This document shows positions 14,369-28,359 of a DNA stretch of 64,000 nucleotides, in pieces. Under the pieces are notes generated by a model. The model made no database searches. It was not told the DNA's origin and saw nothing but the letters and a program-made list of their open reading frames with translations. The translations under genes were made by a program, and so were the position numbers. This DNA comes from Sphagnum compactum. Taxonomy: Eukaryota. Position 1 is the first letter of the stretch, and every line of letters starts with the position of its first letter. Location of the stretch: the NCBI GenBank assembly GCA_965153455.1, contig OZ234493.1:20202213-20266212 (forward strand), read 5' to 3'.

Positions 14369-16219
14369 GTACACAAGAACTCCTCATGTTATTCAAACTA
14401 AACTTAAGTATTGATTAAAAATTCAAAAGTTACAACAACAAAACCAACCTATGTACAAACAATGTCTTCATATAATATGCAGAATTATGAGTAATTAAAG
14501 CTAATTAAACTTAAATAATTATTAACTAATTAATTAAAATTTAAAATTATTAATTAACACTTTAAAAATTCAAATCAACATAATTAACTTGTACCACCCT
14601 ATAACATTGGTTAACAATGCACATCAAGGATTTCACAGGCTTGTCAAAGTGATGAGTGTGGAAGAGAAAATATTCTTGCTTCCTTCCTAATTAAGGTTTT
14701 ACACCATCACACAAGGTTAATACACACAAATGTTCTACTCAATATCTCTATTATAATTTTTTTTTTCAAAAATTCAACTATAATTATTTTTAAGCCTTCA
14801 AAAAAAAGTTGAGCCCTTTGGACATAGACCCCTATTTAATAAATTAAAAATATTGTAAAGATTCAAATTTCACTTTTGAATGTCTAAAAAACATTTGATT
14901 GAAAAATAAGTTGTCATTGGATTCCTTTCATTTTCTTCTTTCCAAAAGTGTTGCAAAAGCTTATATCATAAAAAAACTTAAAGATGTCATGAACATTAGA
15001 AATCATAATAAAGACCTTTTCACTTTATACAAGTTGCCACCCTGAGAGAGGGGTGGCATCATATATTTGAACTTAGTAATATACATGAATTCAACATGCA
15101 TTTGGAATGTGCATCTTCTTCAACTAATGCTTTTCTACACAACTTGTTAGTCACATGGCATTGCCTCTTTGGCAATAGAATCTCATATATTTCCATGCTT
15201 GGTGAAAAATGATGTTTTTTGAAGATAAAGGAGTACAAGAAAAATGAGATCAGTTTGTGAAAAGAATCAATAATAAGATGCCCAATCATGAGAGACAAAG
15301 GCTGACCATTGCATTAAAGACAAAGCTTAGCACAACATTAACAAAGTTAGACTATGAAAAGTGATGGTGCCAAAGAAGAAATGATGCATTTTTTGGGGTG
15401 TAATTAGAGGGCATGTCATTGTGCACAAATTTTGCTCTACTTGTTGGGGGGGGGGGGGGGGGGGGGGGGGGGGAGCATTTCAAAAAATTAAATGCTCACA
15501 AGACTTTACATATGGTCTTCACTATTTGTGGGCTTTATTGAAAATGTGCATGCCCAATTTTGGTAAAACACATTGCCTTGGACTTTACGTACCATTTTTG
15601 CTTGTGAGTATTGTAACATTAGCAATATGACAAATTTGATATGGCTTTTCACACATGAATCAAGGGTTTGCACAACATGAAATCTCATTTGTGAAAAATG
15701 GATTCTTTCATTTGTGTTGTACTTTTTGCATTTTCTGCATTGATTGTTTTTTTTTGGTGGCTTTCCCATCCTAAGTTAAATAGAGGTATTTTCTTTTCAA
15801 TTACTTTGTGTTCCTATATCCTCAAAAGTTGTCAAAATGTTTGTTTTCACATTAATGTAATGACAATTGTTCGAATGTCAATAGGTGCAATTGGTACAAT
15901 GGTTTCGGATGACATGCATGGAGTTTTTTCAATCCACTAAGGTCTTCAACGACCTTCCTTTCTTCTTGTATTTAAGGGAAAATGTTTGGAGTTATTTGGA
16001 GCATTCAAAATTGAATAACTTGATTATTAATGGAATAAATGTTTCAAAAGTGATAAACACAAAACTTTGAGGTGACAAATCTTTTTTTTTTCAACGGTCT
16101 TTTTTTATTATCAAATGTTCACCATTCCTTTTCAAATTTGGAGAAGGTCCTAATGTTGATGATTAAATGAGCAAAAAAAATTGAAATTGACAACAAATTT
16201 CAACATCTTTCATTCAAAC

Positions 16220-17177
16220 CAGTGTTGTGTGTGTAAATGTCAATAGCCATATATATGGCATGTAAATCTAGTGTAAGTGTAAATCATTTACATTTACAGG
16301 TCCAATTTTTTACAATTACACTTATCCGGTTACAGTGTATATATTTTTTTTACGAGGCCAGTGTAAATATTTGTCAAATACACTTACACAACCCCCTGTA
16401 AATGTTTTGGGGTGTGTACGTGTAGACACTAAAATTATTTGTAAAGTCACCCTGTCTTTGGGCCTCCTTTCACCCCCAAACCCTTCTTTCAAGGGTATCC
16501 ATAAAAGTAAGGAAATTTTATCTGGGAATGAAATGCTGAAAATCAGCATTTAATGCACAAGGTTCAAGATTAATTATAGTAGCTTTACAAGTAGGAGCAG
16601 TGAAAATATATGCAACGATAGTGGAGGCGCTAAAGAAAAGGAAAGACAGGGTGAAATTCAGTTCACCACAAAAATTGAGGTCCCATCACCCTTGAATGCT
16701 AATGTGTATATATTTTTGAAATCTCACCCTACTAATGATCAAACTCAGGGTTCTAGTGTTGTTTTCCTTACTTTATAAATAATTTTATTATATATCTATA
16801 ATGACCAGATCGTCTTGCAAAGTCATATGAATTAGTTGTGGGTGTATATTTTGATGGGTTTTGTTTTTCTACAATGGGCCATTTAGCTGGCTTATCTTCA
16901 AAACCATTATGAAATCTCCCCTCCTCAAATCAAAATTATGTTTTTTACATTTTTTACATTTATATTGTTTTACATTGCCATATAAAATCATATAAATATA
17001 TGTTTTACATTTACATTGTTTTATCAGACTGTGTAAAATTATATGAATACATTTTTTTTACACTTACACAAATGTAAATGAGTATTATACACTTACATTT
17101 GCACAGAGTGTAAATAAATTTCACTATGGGATTTACATTTACATAAAAATCTCAAACCAGTTACACTCACAACATTG
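16220..17177. mobile_element. Non-autonomous hAT-type element
   Basis: TIRs CAGTGTTGTGTGTGTAA / TTACACTCACAACATTG; flanking 8-mers ATTCAAAC and GTTCAAAC (7/8, 8-bp TSD); TGTAAA/TTTACA-rich subterminal repeats. Confidence 0.75.
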
Positions 17178-20100
17178 GTTCAAACATGTGTTCAGCTTTG
17201 AAAATCATGAATTTTGAAAATGTGTCTTTAATAATAAAATTATTTATTTTTATGTGATAAAGAAAATGGATGTGTAATTTACATGATGTATGATCAATTT
17301 GTAGTAAATATATATTTAAATTGGAAAAAAAAAATTGGGTGTGAAAAATATTTTCAAAAAAGTTAATAGATCAACACATGAATACCACATGTCACATGCA
17401 ATCCTCTAAAAAAAAACTTTTACCTTGGTACCCTTGGTTCCTAAAATTATGAATACATCTTTATATGAAATTATGTTTAACCATGTAAAGTGATGCTTCA
17501 ATGTGAATGTGTTTTAAATAAAGGATTGTTGTAAATTTTGCATTGTGTTATCTAGTTTGAAGGTTTCAATGATCATTGCTTAGATATTCATGGTTGTGCA
17601 AAAGACTAATTAACCTAAGTTTGGTAACCCATGTAAGGTTTGCATATTTTTTTCCATAATTGGGACCTAAGTTCTATGTTCATAGGAATGTAAAAAAATC
17701 CTTGAAGTGAAGGTTAATTGTCAGTTTAATTCTATGAAAAAATGAGATAGGATATGGCATTTCAATGTATTTTAAATCTTGGGAAGAAATATAATAGGTG
17801 AAAGAGGTGCAATGAGTGGACAACGACGTCTTTTGAGGGCAACCTACACTCAGTGCATAAGCATGAATCCTTTTGTTTGATTTTGGAATTGGTTCTTTGG
17901 GTCACTTGTGTCACTTGTGTCACAACCCAATGATTACAAATGGGTTAGGTTCATGTCAACGAATTCCACAAAGGGAAGTAGGATGTTGAGGTGGATCCAA
18001 AATTGGCATGGAGAATCAAACTAGATGCATGTTGAATGCATGTAAACTAGATGCCTAGGCCTAGTCAACCTATGTTTTAGCCTAGCTTACTAACCATTAG
18101 CCTAAGCTAGCTACCTTATTTTAGCTTAGACTAGGTAGGTTAGGTAGGTAAGCTAGGTTTAGGCTAAATAGGTAAGTAAGTTTTGGCCATCTATTTACTA
18201 AATAGCAACCTACTTACAAGTCACCTACCTATTACTTACCTTCTTATTTACCTGTGTTAGTAGTGCATCGCGAAAGGTCACATAAATGAATTGAAAAATA
18301 TTATCACCTTATGAAGGTGTGGTTTATTGGTTAAGGATTTAATTTATCCTTGTAAAGGTTAAGGGTTTAACTCTTTATAATACTTGCCACCTATTGGCTA
18401 GGGTAGATAGGTTAGTTAAGCTAACTATGCACCTATATATAGGTGCAAATATGATAACATGAACCCATGACCTTGCAAACATGACCTAACTATGACAAAT
18501 TGCTTTTGATTACTTTTAAAAAAAGGGAGTGCTTGCTAAGATGATGTGGTAGACTACAATTGATTACATAAGGTGATGGATTAGAAATCCATGATTTTTA
18601 AAGTGACAAAAAATAGTCCTCGTTTTGCTCACAACATATCACACTATTATGTAAATGTGTGGATAATTATTGTACATCTTCATGTCATTCTAAAAGCATT
18701 TCAAAATTTTAATTCTTAAAAAATAATAATGAAAACAATTGTTACAATGCTTTATGTTTGCTTTTGAATATTTCGTGTTCATTAAATTCAATCCAAATTA
18801 TTCTACATGTTTACATTTAATACATTAAAAAAATCATCTAATTTATTATTAAAAAACTTGTAACATTAGAAAAATTGAACACCAAAAGAAGAAAAATCAA
18901 GCACTAATTGCATTTGCTATGGTATGTGTTACCTTGATTACACCCCCACCTATTATTTTATCTAGGTAGGTAGACTAAGTTAGGATAGTAGGTAATTATA
19001 ATGAGGTTAACAAAGTAGGTAGTTAGTTAACAAATAACTAGTTTAAACTAGTTATGATAGTAGTTAATAGATAGTGAGGTTAGGTAAGTAGGTAATAGAT
19101 AAATAACTAGGCTAAGTGAGTTATCAATACAATTGTAGTTTATTCACAAACCTTGCCATGGTGATCCAGTAATGGAGAGATCATATGAAGTTTGTGGTGG
19201 TCAACTTCATTTGAAATTGGATGTCAACAATGAACTCATGTTTTTTTGCAACTTGTTGCACATGACTATCAAGCTTGCAATTGCAACTCTTGTTTATGAC
19301 TAAAAAATAATTACATACCAATTGTAGATTTTCATTTTCAAAAAGTGAAACCTCAGCTTGAATTATAACTTGTTACATATTTTTAAATATTATTCACGCA
19401 ATTTGATCATTTGGGTTCTAACAAGAGAAACAATTCATGATCTCGTTAAAAAAAAAAACTTACATGTCATATAAAATGAAAATTTCATATATATTTGTAA
19501 AGATTCTAACCGTTGGGCCTAAATAGGACAATACCTCTCACAAGACCTACCTTAGGTCAAGCATGTATCACAAGACCCAAACTTGGACTGGATCTAATAA
19601 AACTTAGGGTTGGCTAGATTGGGTTGTAAACCCAACTCTCGGCTTTTTAAGGATTTTTTTACAAGGCATAAATATTAAGACCACTTAATATCCATTTTTT
19701 CTTAATATCTAGGCCTAATATCTCGGATTTTAGGAGGATCCGATTTTATTTTGTTGGTGATGAACATCTTTGATTGACTCATCCAAAAAGATACTTACAT
19801 TTTGAACTGTTTCAATGAAGACTCTGTGTGGTCTTTCCATTCATCCAATTCTATGAATTCCTTGAAAAAGGATTATGGACTGGAAAAAATGCCCAGATTT
19901 TTAGGCCTTGGAAGAACCCCAAAACAACACAATAAAAAAGAAATGTTTATTGTTCATTAATTGGAGTTGGCCTAGTTGATGAGATTGGAAAACATAATAA
20001 ATAAGAAATAATTGTTGCTCGATACTTTTAATTGGCCAACCATAACAACTGACCCAAGTGATGAGATTTGAATTGTCTTTCATTTTTTCTTGTTTTGGGG

Positions 20101-21538
20101 GGGGGGGGGGGGGGAGGGGGACATTTTATCATTATTTTGGATGTGACAAATCCTAATTGTGGCCCAAATTGAGGGTGTGAGTGAATATATTATACGGTTT
20201 ATAAAATGAAATTGTGGGCCAAGGATATGGGATAAAGTGCAATGAAAATGAAACGCTGCAACCATGTCATATCCTTTGTCCCATACAAGAAAACAGGCCC
20301 ATATTCGCGATATTCTCTCCCCCCTCCAAAGAAAAAAAAAAGATCATCCCATATCCCCACAATTTCTCCCAACTTTGACACTAATTATATTACTTGTTGA
20401 AATTTTGAAAAATTCAAAAAAATTCTTTTTTTTCCAAAGAACAAAATTTTGTGAAGGGAAATAGAGGATCTTTTGAAATATTCTGGGATGTTTTATTTTC
20501 AACATGGAATCTTCAAAATCAATTAATTATTTTTGAGACTCGTTGAAGCTGTCCCTGTACTGTGATGTGGGCTTGACTTGTGGATCAGAAAATCTCTAGT
20601 CGGGAAGTGACATATCTCAAGCTTATGCATTTCTTGAGCAGGTTCTTGCTGTGTTGCAGTAGTAGAGTTTTTGGTGAAGATTCTGTTGCTGTACACCACA
20701 TCTAGGACTTTTGCAAGTGTTTACATAGAACAGTAGATGTATCTCCTTTGCTTTCATAAACATCATAATAAGATTCTGCTTCAAACTAGGATTTTTTTCC
20801 AGTGTAAGTTTATACAGATTGGCATGCACATCTCTTTTGCTTTTAAAAATATCATGAACATATCATAGATACACATCAATCTTATGAAGTCGTCATTAAT
20901 CATGCTTATTCTAGTTTAGACTCTGGAGTCCAAGTGTTAGTCAAATCAAAATCCAAATCAAAATCACATTATATTTTTGGATTAGGCATAAGTTAAAATG
21001 GCTTCATACTCTTCTTTAGACATTTGATCATACTACTGTTTTAAAAATTTAAATAGGCTAACACATTAGATTTTTTGTTTCCAATCAAGGTTTACTAAGT
21101 TTCACTTGTGTATGCGTTATCAAAATTAAGAATTGTCTTAGAAGCCCAATTAATCATAAAGGTTTGCATCAAATACCCAATGAGGAAAGACAATTTGGTA
21201 GAAAATTGGCTTGACAATAGTAGGGACCACAACATGGATGGTAAAGCTTTCTAACATGAAGACAATTGGGGGGTGTCCACATGATCTAAAAATTAGCAAG
21301 GAGCTCACAACTTGGTTTGGGCAATAATAGAAGCTTTCTTTGTCTTTGACACAAATTGAGATGTAGGCAGACATCTAATGCTTGAAATGATTCCAGCTTT
21401 AGATTCACTAACCAGTAATCATATACTGAGTGCATATGATACAGTAATGGCTCAACACCCAGGGTTTCTTTTGAGAAGCTTGAGCCTGCACACTTGTGGC
21501 TTGATCAATCTCCAGAATGAATTTGGTGGCCCAGCCCC

Positions 21539-24146
21539 CTAAATTCTTATCAGTTGTTGGAACCTTCGCTGCAGCTCCTTGCTGTTCATCACCCCAGCCA
21601 CTATATATTACTGCTTGGAACAAATGACTCCAATTCTGGGAGCAACATTGATGGCATCCATAATTTCCTCAAACAAGCTCAGTTCAAGTTCAATGTCTCA
21701 CAGCTCATCCTACATCCAAATGCATTTACACATTGCCTCTAACCAGCCAGCTTAAGTACTCATCAATGAGAGTCTACCAGAGGCAATCACTCCCTTCGAT
21801 GAAAATGTAACTTCAAGATTTAAAAAACCTTGAATTGATATTGTGGTCAATTTAGACTAGCAAGTTACAGATACTTCTAGATTAGCAGCCCAAGGACCAA
21901 GAAACAATACCGGATGCATGTGCGATCTAACAATGTGTTTCCAAGCATGCCACGGTTCTCCTCAGCACGTCGCACAAGGAATGAAATAGCCTCTGATACT
22001 GGTCCAAAGGCTAGGAACTTGTTTACTCGAAAGCCAGCTCGTGCCAATCCCAGCGATAGAACATCAGCCATCCCCATAAGTTGTGCAAATTGCACTCTTG
22101 GATCGCTCCTGGATAACCCCAATGCGTCTAACTTGGATGCTGCTGCTTTTCCTGCATGCCACTAGCAGAGCATTCCTGAAACTTCTTCCTTCTAAGTGGT
22201 ACTGAGAGGAATAAATTTAGCAGGGTAAGTTGTTTGTCTGTGAAGAGTAGCAAGTTCTGATGTCAAATCAAGCAGGTTCTGACCTACAGTGTTTGTATCC
22301 ATTAAAAAGACACAAGAATGGATGTCACTCTCTCAATCGGCTTTTGTACAAATTAGAGCTGCCTCTGACTGCTCTCAAGACAGCAACCATCCTCGCAACA
22401 AGATATAGATATACCTACCAGAATTTACATTGTGAGTTCCCACAAGCAAAGAGCCTTTTCCATTTGCAACCTCTTCCAGCATGATTGCAGCACATTCATC
22501 ATAGCATCGGTGTGTTTCCTGGATGCTTGGGTGGATGGGGGAAGGAACATTATAAGAGGCAGCCACAGCAGTTTCTCGGGTGATGTATGCTCCTCGGACA
22601 AGCTTAACACCCAGAGAGATTCCATGTTCAGAGGCTCCTTTGAGTGCAAGAGATAGCCGTGGCTTTGTATCTTTCAGATATGCTTGAAAAGTGCCATACA
22701 CAACAGGTGGGCAGCCCTTGTTAAACTCAAGCATGGCCGCATACACAATGGTGTCAATTGCTGGCTGCAGAGACATGTACTCAGCATCTACTACCAATGG
22801 CATGCCTTGTATCTCACAGGCTCTGCACAGCTTCCAGAGTCGCTGGTGTGCAAGAGTCCAGTCATGCTCTTCCTCTTTTGTGAGGGGCTCTGGCATTGTT
22901 TGGACAGAATGTGTGGGACTCTCTGCAGCCAATATTGGTAGTCCCTTTTCATTCCATGGCAACTTGAACTCCTTATTCTTGTGCTGCCATCGCAACAAGC
23001 TGCTGACATGCTCCAGCAGTTGGATTGGACAGATTGCACTGATTTTGACACATCCAAAGCTCACCTGCATGCATACATACATACATTGGAAAACCTCAAC
23101 TAATCAATTTTGATGTTTGAATGAAAAGTAGAATAGAGCACTTATCTGAAGAAAGAACATATCCACCAAGAATTTTATGGTTAAAGGAAGTGGCTACAAT
23201 AGCAACTACATGATTGCAAGGAAGCAAAAGAGAAAGGAAATAGAGTGTTCATAACCCACTAATAACAGAGGGAAAAGGAGCTGCCAGAAGGAGGAGGGAG
23301 ATATTGCCCAGAGTGAAGGAGGAAAAACAACCATGCTTTGTTGATCTTGCCAAGGAATGGTTTAATTTACATTAGCTCGTTAGTGATGAGAATGTAAAAG
23401 AAACTGACACATAGCAATTCAAGTTTGTGGAGGCAATGAAAAGAATTTCAGAAGAAGTTGGCCACTGACACCAGGACATCATGGAAATGCCAACAACAGC
23501 ATGGTAGAACACAAATGAGGCAAGGAAGGGGCGATGACGACCAGCACGAGCTATTCTGACAGAAGCAAATTGCAGAATTGTACAGATATTGTTAAAAGGT
23601 TTTCCTTACAGAGTCTGGTGGTAATTTGCTGCTTTGATTGATGACTTGCAAGAACACAGTGAGGTTCTTATCACAAGAAGCATTGTCTACCGCATCCTCC
23701 ATGCCATAATAGAAAACCCCTCGTAACCCAAGCTGCCATAGCCTTTCCAAGGTTGCAGAGGCGTCTGCAACATCCTCTCCAGCACAGAAGTGTGAATATG
23801 TGGTCCTCTTGACAACATGATGTAGCGGGGCTTGAAAGAGGGGCGATTGCATCAATGGGGAGGTCAGAGTTTTGATGCTTAAATCCACAACAGGCTCAAA
23901 GGACACCATTTGCAACATCAACAATGTCTTCAGCAGCTCCTTTGAAGTAATCCCAGAGAAAGTGGCTTCTCCACCTTCCAAATCTAATATACTACTACCA
24001 GCTCTGTGTTGTTGTTCACCATCAATGGACAGTGCAGCCTTAGTTGTTTTGTCCCTTGCAAAAATTGCGTTATTAACCAAGCCCTTATACGAGGAGCACC
24101 AAATTGACTCAGAAAACAGATTGGAGACTCCTCGACGAATTGCCAT
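21539..24146 (-). CDS. ProDH: Proline dehydrogenase (proline oxidase), mitochondrial type; 4 exons
   Basis: Exons 24146-23610, 23064-22419, 22151-21911, 21581-21539, GT-AG and phase-consistent. Motifs: HFCAGED, CVKISAICP, VDAEY, QAYLKD, GVKLVRGAY, GTHN, FAQLMGMAD, LVRRAEENRG, RKELQRR. Confidence 0.93.
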
Positions 24147-24659
24147 CTTTAAGAGAAATGTACACAATGTTCTTCTTCACAAGTTTCTCAAAATCCTCGA
24201 AAAACACTCCGGCTACGCACTACCTGTGCAAAACTTTCTGCATATGGGCAGCTGTAATCCCATTGGAATCGCACTCGTTTCTGCATCATTTCTTCTTCGC
24301 AAGAAAGGAATTCACATGCCAAGTATGTAGTCGAGAAAACAGAGACAAAAAGACAGAGAGGAGAGAATCTGGGTGGGGGCGTGAAAGACAAAGGCCGGAC
24401 ACCAAATATGCGCTTCGGGACCTCTCCTTTTCAATTTCTTCTCGAGCCAGCAACTGTGGGTCCGGACTCCGGACGTGTGTCCGCACCGACGTTGGACCAG
24501 GTCGATGCAATGTCAGCTGTTCCGGATCGTAGTTTTCTTATCGAACAGCCGGTGTTCTACCTATCAGCCACATAGATAGTTCAGTGTGCTCATCAGCGCC
24601 AAGTAGTGCACTGTGCGCATAGCAATTCCTGGAACACAATTTGTTCCTTTGCTCCCTAG

Positions 24660-24820
24660 TGACTCCATTTGGGTTTGTGCGCTTTTGGCTCGGACTTGAG
24701 TCCTCTCTCTTTGTCCTTTCCTTGTGACCCACTTTGGGTTTGTGTGCATTTGGATCGGACTTGGGTCCTCTCTCTTTGTCTGTCCCTTGTGACCCCCTTT
24801 GCTTTTGTGCACTTTTGGCT
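24660..24820. repeat. ~65-bp tandem repeat (about 2.5 units); its core recurs inverted at 30429-30451
   Basis: TCGGACTTGRGTCCTCTCTCTTTGTC at 24690 and 24755; GACAAAGAGAGAGGACCCAAGTC at 30429. Confidence 0.75.
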
Positions 24821-25118
24821 CAGACCCAATTTTTCAAACCAAACGGGATTATTTTCCCATGCCTCTAATTGAAGATGTTTTAAATTAGTTAAGGAACTTT
24901 CAGTGGTTTTCAACACTTGACCTATAATCAAGTTTTTAGCAGATACCTATGGCACTAGATGATGTGAAAAAAATCGTTGTATCACCAAATCAAGCTTACA
25001 TGAGTGGAATTTGATGCCTTTCGGATTAAAAACGCCACCAACACATTCTCATGGACCATGGCTAACATTTTTAAGGATTGGACCGACCAGTTCCTAAGAG
25101 TATTTGTTGATGATGTCA

Positions 25119-25935
25119 TGTCGCAACCCCACTTTGGGCAAAGTGTGAGGATGCAATTCACACTCCCAAAGTTGGGGACTTGGAGTCCTTCGGGATCCTC
25201 AAAAATTCAGAGCTCGATTGCAGGGGTCAAAACACCTCACATTGAGGTGTTCTTTATATCAATGGAAAGGTCTTGAAGTGTAAATGTCGAAAATGGCCTC
25301 ACATTGGCCATTTGGACATTTGCAGCCTAAGTTATGGGCAAAAGAAGGGTCGGGAGTCAAACTGGCAGTTTGACTCAAGACCACTAAAAGTCGGGAATTG
25401 ACTTGATCCCGGTGTGTGCAGGTGGAGTGCGACACACTATTGGAAAGATCTCGAGGAGAGCTACAACTTTTGTTCGGATCTCACTCCAATCAGAGGTCCG
25501 AGCCAGGAAATATGAGCTCCCAAAGTCTCGGAAGTCCAAATCGGGACAGTTTCGGGACTCCTCCTTGGGAGTCCCGGGAAAAAGTGTCATTTGGATGTAG
25601 CCTCGGCGGAGAGCTGCAGAGAATACTATATGGGGGAAGGTGGTGGCTTCCCCCGAGTTCGGGCCGTGGTGAGTCAAGTGAGTCCAAGGTTGCCCGTGGC
25701 TTGTCCTAGCACCAAAGTGATCCAAAAAGTGGTCTAACCAACTTGTGTTGGTTTTGATGCAGATTTGAGTAGGTGAAAAGCTTGTCACTCTTCCTAGTCC
25801 ATCCCAAGGCTTCAACACAACCCTCTACCCCTTTTAGTGCTGAAGCCTGGGAGCGTGCCCCGAATCCCTCCCTTTTCCGCAACTTGAACCAACTTAGTCC
25901 AACTTGGGACTAAGTAGGGACTTGGGAGCGCGTCA
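25119..25935. mobile_element. Solo LTR (817 bp) nested in the gypsy RT gene
   Basis: Begins TGTCGC and ends GCGTCA; perfect 5-bp TSD TGTCA (25114-25118 and 25936-25940). Removing it restores the RT frame VFVDDVNIHS. Confidence 0.88.
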
Positions 25936-28359
25936 TGTCAACATACATAGTGGAACATGGTCTGACCACTTACAACACATTTGGCTTGTTTTTGAGAAGT
26001 TGGTAGAGGTCAACCTCAAACTCAACCCTGGTAAATGTTTTGGTTCTAAGAGTATTACTTTGTTGGGACATGTGGTGGATAGACACTAACTCTTAGCCAA
26101 ATCCCAAAAAACTAACAACAATTATTGAATTTCCTACACTACACTTAAGATGACAATGAATGTCAGGGCATTCTTAAGGTTAATAAGATACAATAAAAGG
26201 TTCATTGCAGGGCATGCAAAAATTGCAAAACCCTTTTTTACCCTGACTAAGGAGTGCAAGTTCACTTGGACACCAATATGTTAAGCAACCTTTGATGCAC
26301 TGAAGAAGAAACTTGTGGAAACAACTATTTTGGTGAAACTTGATTTATGCAAACCATTTATCTTAGATGTTGATTAGTCAGTAAAAGGTGTAAGGGTTAT
26401 ACTTTCACACAAGCCCGAAAGATAGGAACAAGTAATAGCCTATGCAAGGAAGGGTCTATCTCTTGTTCAACGCCGTTTTCACCCAATGGAGGGAGAGTGC
26501 TATGCTCTCATATGAGGCATAATGTACTTCAAGCAATATCTTCACCAAACTCCATTCCTATTACGTACAAATCACAAACCATTGGAATGGTTAGCAACTA
26601 TTTTAGATGCGTATGGGTGAAGAGACAATGGATTGTAATGTTGCAAGACTTCCAATTTAAGATTGTTCACTGCATCGGTAGTAGACATTTGAATGTTGAT
26701 GTGCTAAGCCATAATTCTATGAGTATATCAGAGGAGGATGAGGATTTTGGATGTGATGAGTTGGAGCATAAAGACAAACTAGGAACTGCATCAACATGGC
26801 TGAAATTTAATGAGGTCGTATTTAATTTGTTATTTTATAGCACATTCAGGAAGAAGCAACTAATGATGTAGAATAATAAGTGGAGGATGGACAAGAAAGA
26901 TAAACCGAGGACTCTGCATCGAAAGAAGAGTTACATCCAATGATTCATGATGACTATTGAAGAATGATTGTTGAAGCTCAAATCATGATGGATAATGCCA
27001 AAGACCAATAGAAAGGTAAAGTTATTGAAGAAGAAGGAATGAGCAAGGGTGATCAACTGAGGCATATGGACATATGGGAAGATGGGTTGTCAATGGTGTT
27101 GCTCACTAGTGGACACTTGGAAATTAATGCCTATGATGTTGCTGAAATAAACAAAGTTAAAAATTGGGTGATGAAATACCATTTGTTTGAAGACATTTTA
27201 TTTTTCTAGGGTTTAATCGTTCGTAAACTGTAGAAAGAAGGATTGTAATTGAGAAAATTCATGAGGAAATTGGGCATTTTGGTGAATCACGGACACTTGT
27301 TGAGGTGAAAAAAAAATTCTTCTAGCATGATAGAACAAAATTTGTCAAATCATTTGTTAAAAACTGTGAAAAATGTCAGTTGGTTAGATAGTCTGTCAAT
27401 TTGAGGTCTGGAGTTGAAGAAATGAAGAGCATTCCAATCTATGATTTGTTTTATCAAGTTGTTCTTGACATTATTGGACCTTTACCTAAGACCATTGATG
27501 GCAACAAATATTTGCTTGTTGCCATTGATCATTATTCCAAATGCTGTGAAGCACAACTGGTTAAAGAACGTGATGTTCTTATTGTTGTTAAGCTCTTCAA
27601 GGATGAAATTATCTGTAAGTATGGCATACCAAAATATGTCTTAACAGATAACATGAATGAATGGATGAAGGAGTTTGTTGAAATGTGCCACAATTATGGC
27701 ATTATTCATCAGTTCACTGCACTTGTTTAACCTTAGTGCAATGGCACAATTGAACGTTTAATCAAGACCATCAAACAAGAGCTGGCAGTCATGGTAGCCT
27801 CGAACATACGTTGTTGAAATGTAATGTTATCTTGAATATTATTTGCTTACCGTTGTGGCATACAAGCTAGCACCAAATATTCTCCTTTTATGGTGCTTAT
27901 TGGACATACACCAAGGTTGACCATTGACAATAGTCTAAACAAGTTGTGTGATGTGTTTGATGAGAATGCAAGACCAGAAGTCATGGTAAAACAAATGATT
28001 CATAAGATGCATTTGATTGCTGGTGTGCACAAATCTCTATTTGAGAATGTGGAGCAAGCTCAAAAGAGACAAATAAAGGTTTATGTTGTTCGCAAAGGAT
28101 TTTAGACATTTGATGGATTCGAAGAAAATAACAAGGTCAAGATGCGCAGACTTGGCAAAAAGAGCTATTTGATCAACAACTGGGAACGATCGTACATGTT
28201 TGTAAACTACAAGGATGAAAATGGTTACCAAGAACAAGATCATGGCAATAAGATGAATAACACTAGGAACGTGTCAGAAGAGATTTGTAACTGTACCACT
28301 CTACTGATTGATATTTGATCTATGAAAACATGGATTTATTCGGAAGGAATGGCGACACA

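Larger units (their letters stand above)
6850..20450. other. AT-rich intergenic region of highly decayed transposon remnants and low-complexity repeats
   Basis: Very AT-rich with no recognisable long ORF. Contains MITEs, short tandem duplications, TAGG/ACCT-rich tracts (~18050-19130) and poly-G runs (15446-15473, ~20097-20114). Confidence 0.55.

Noticed and set aside
15446..15473. Long poly-G runs here and near 20100, 29510 and 62870 as G-quadruplex elements
   Set aside because: Simple homopolymers with unreliable length and no supporting context.
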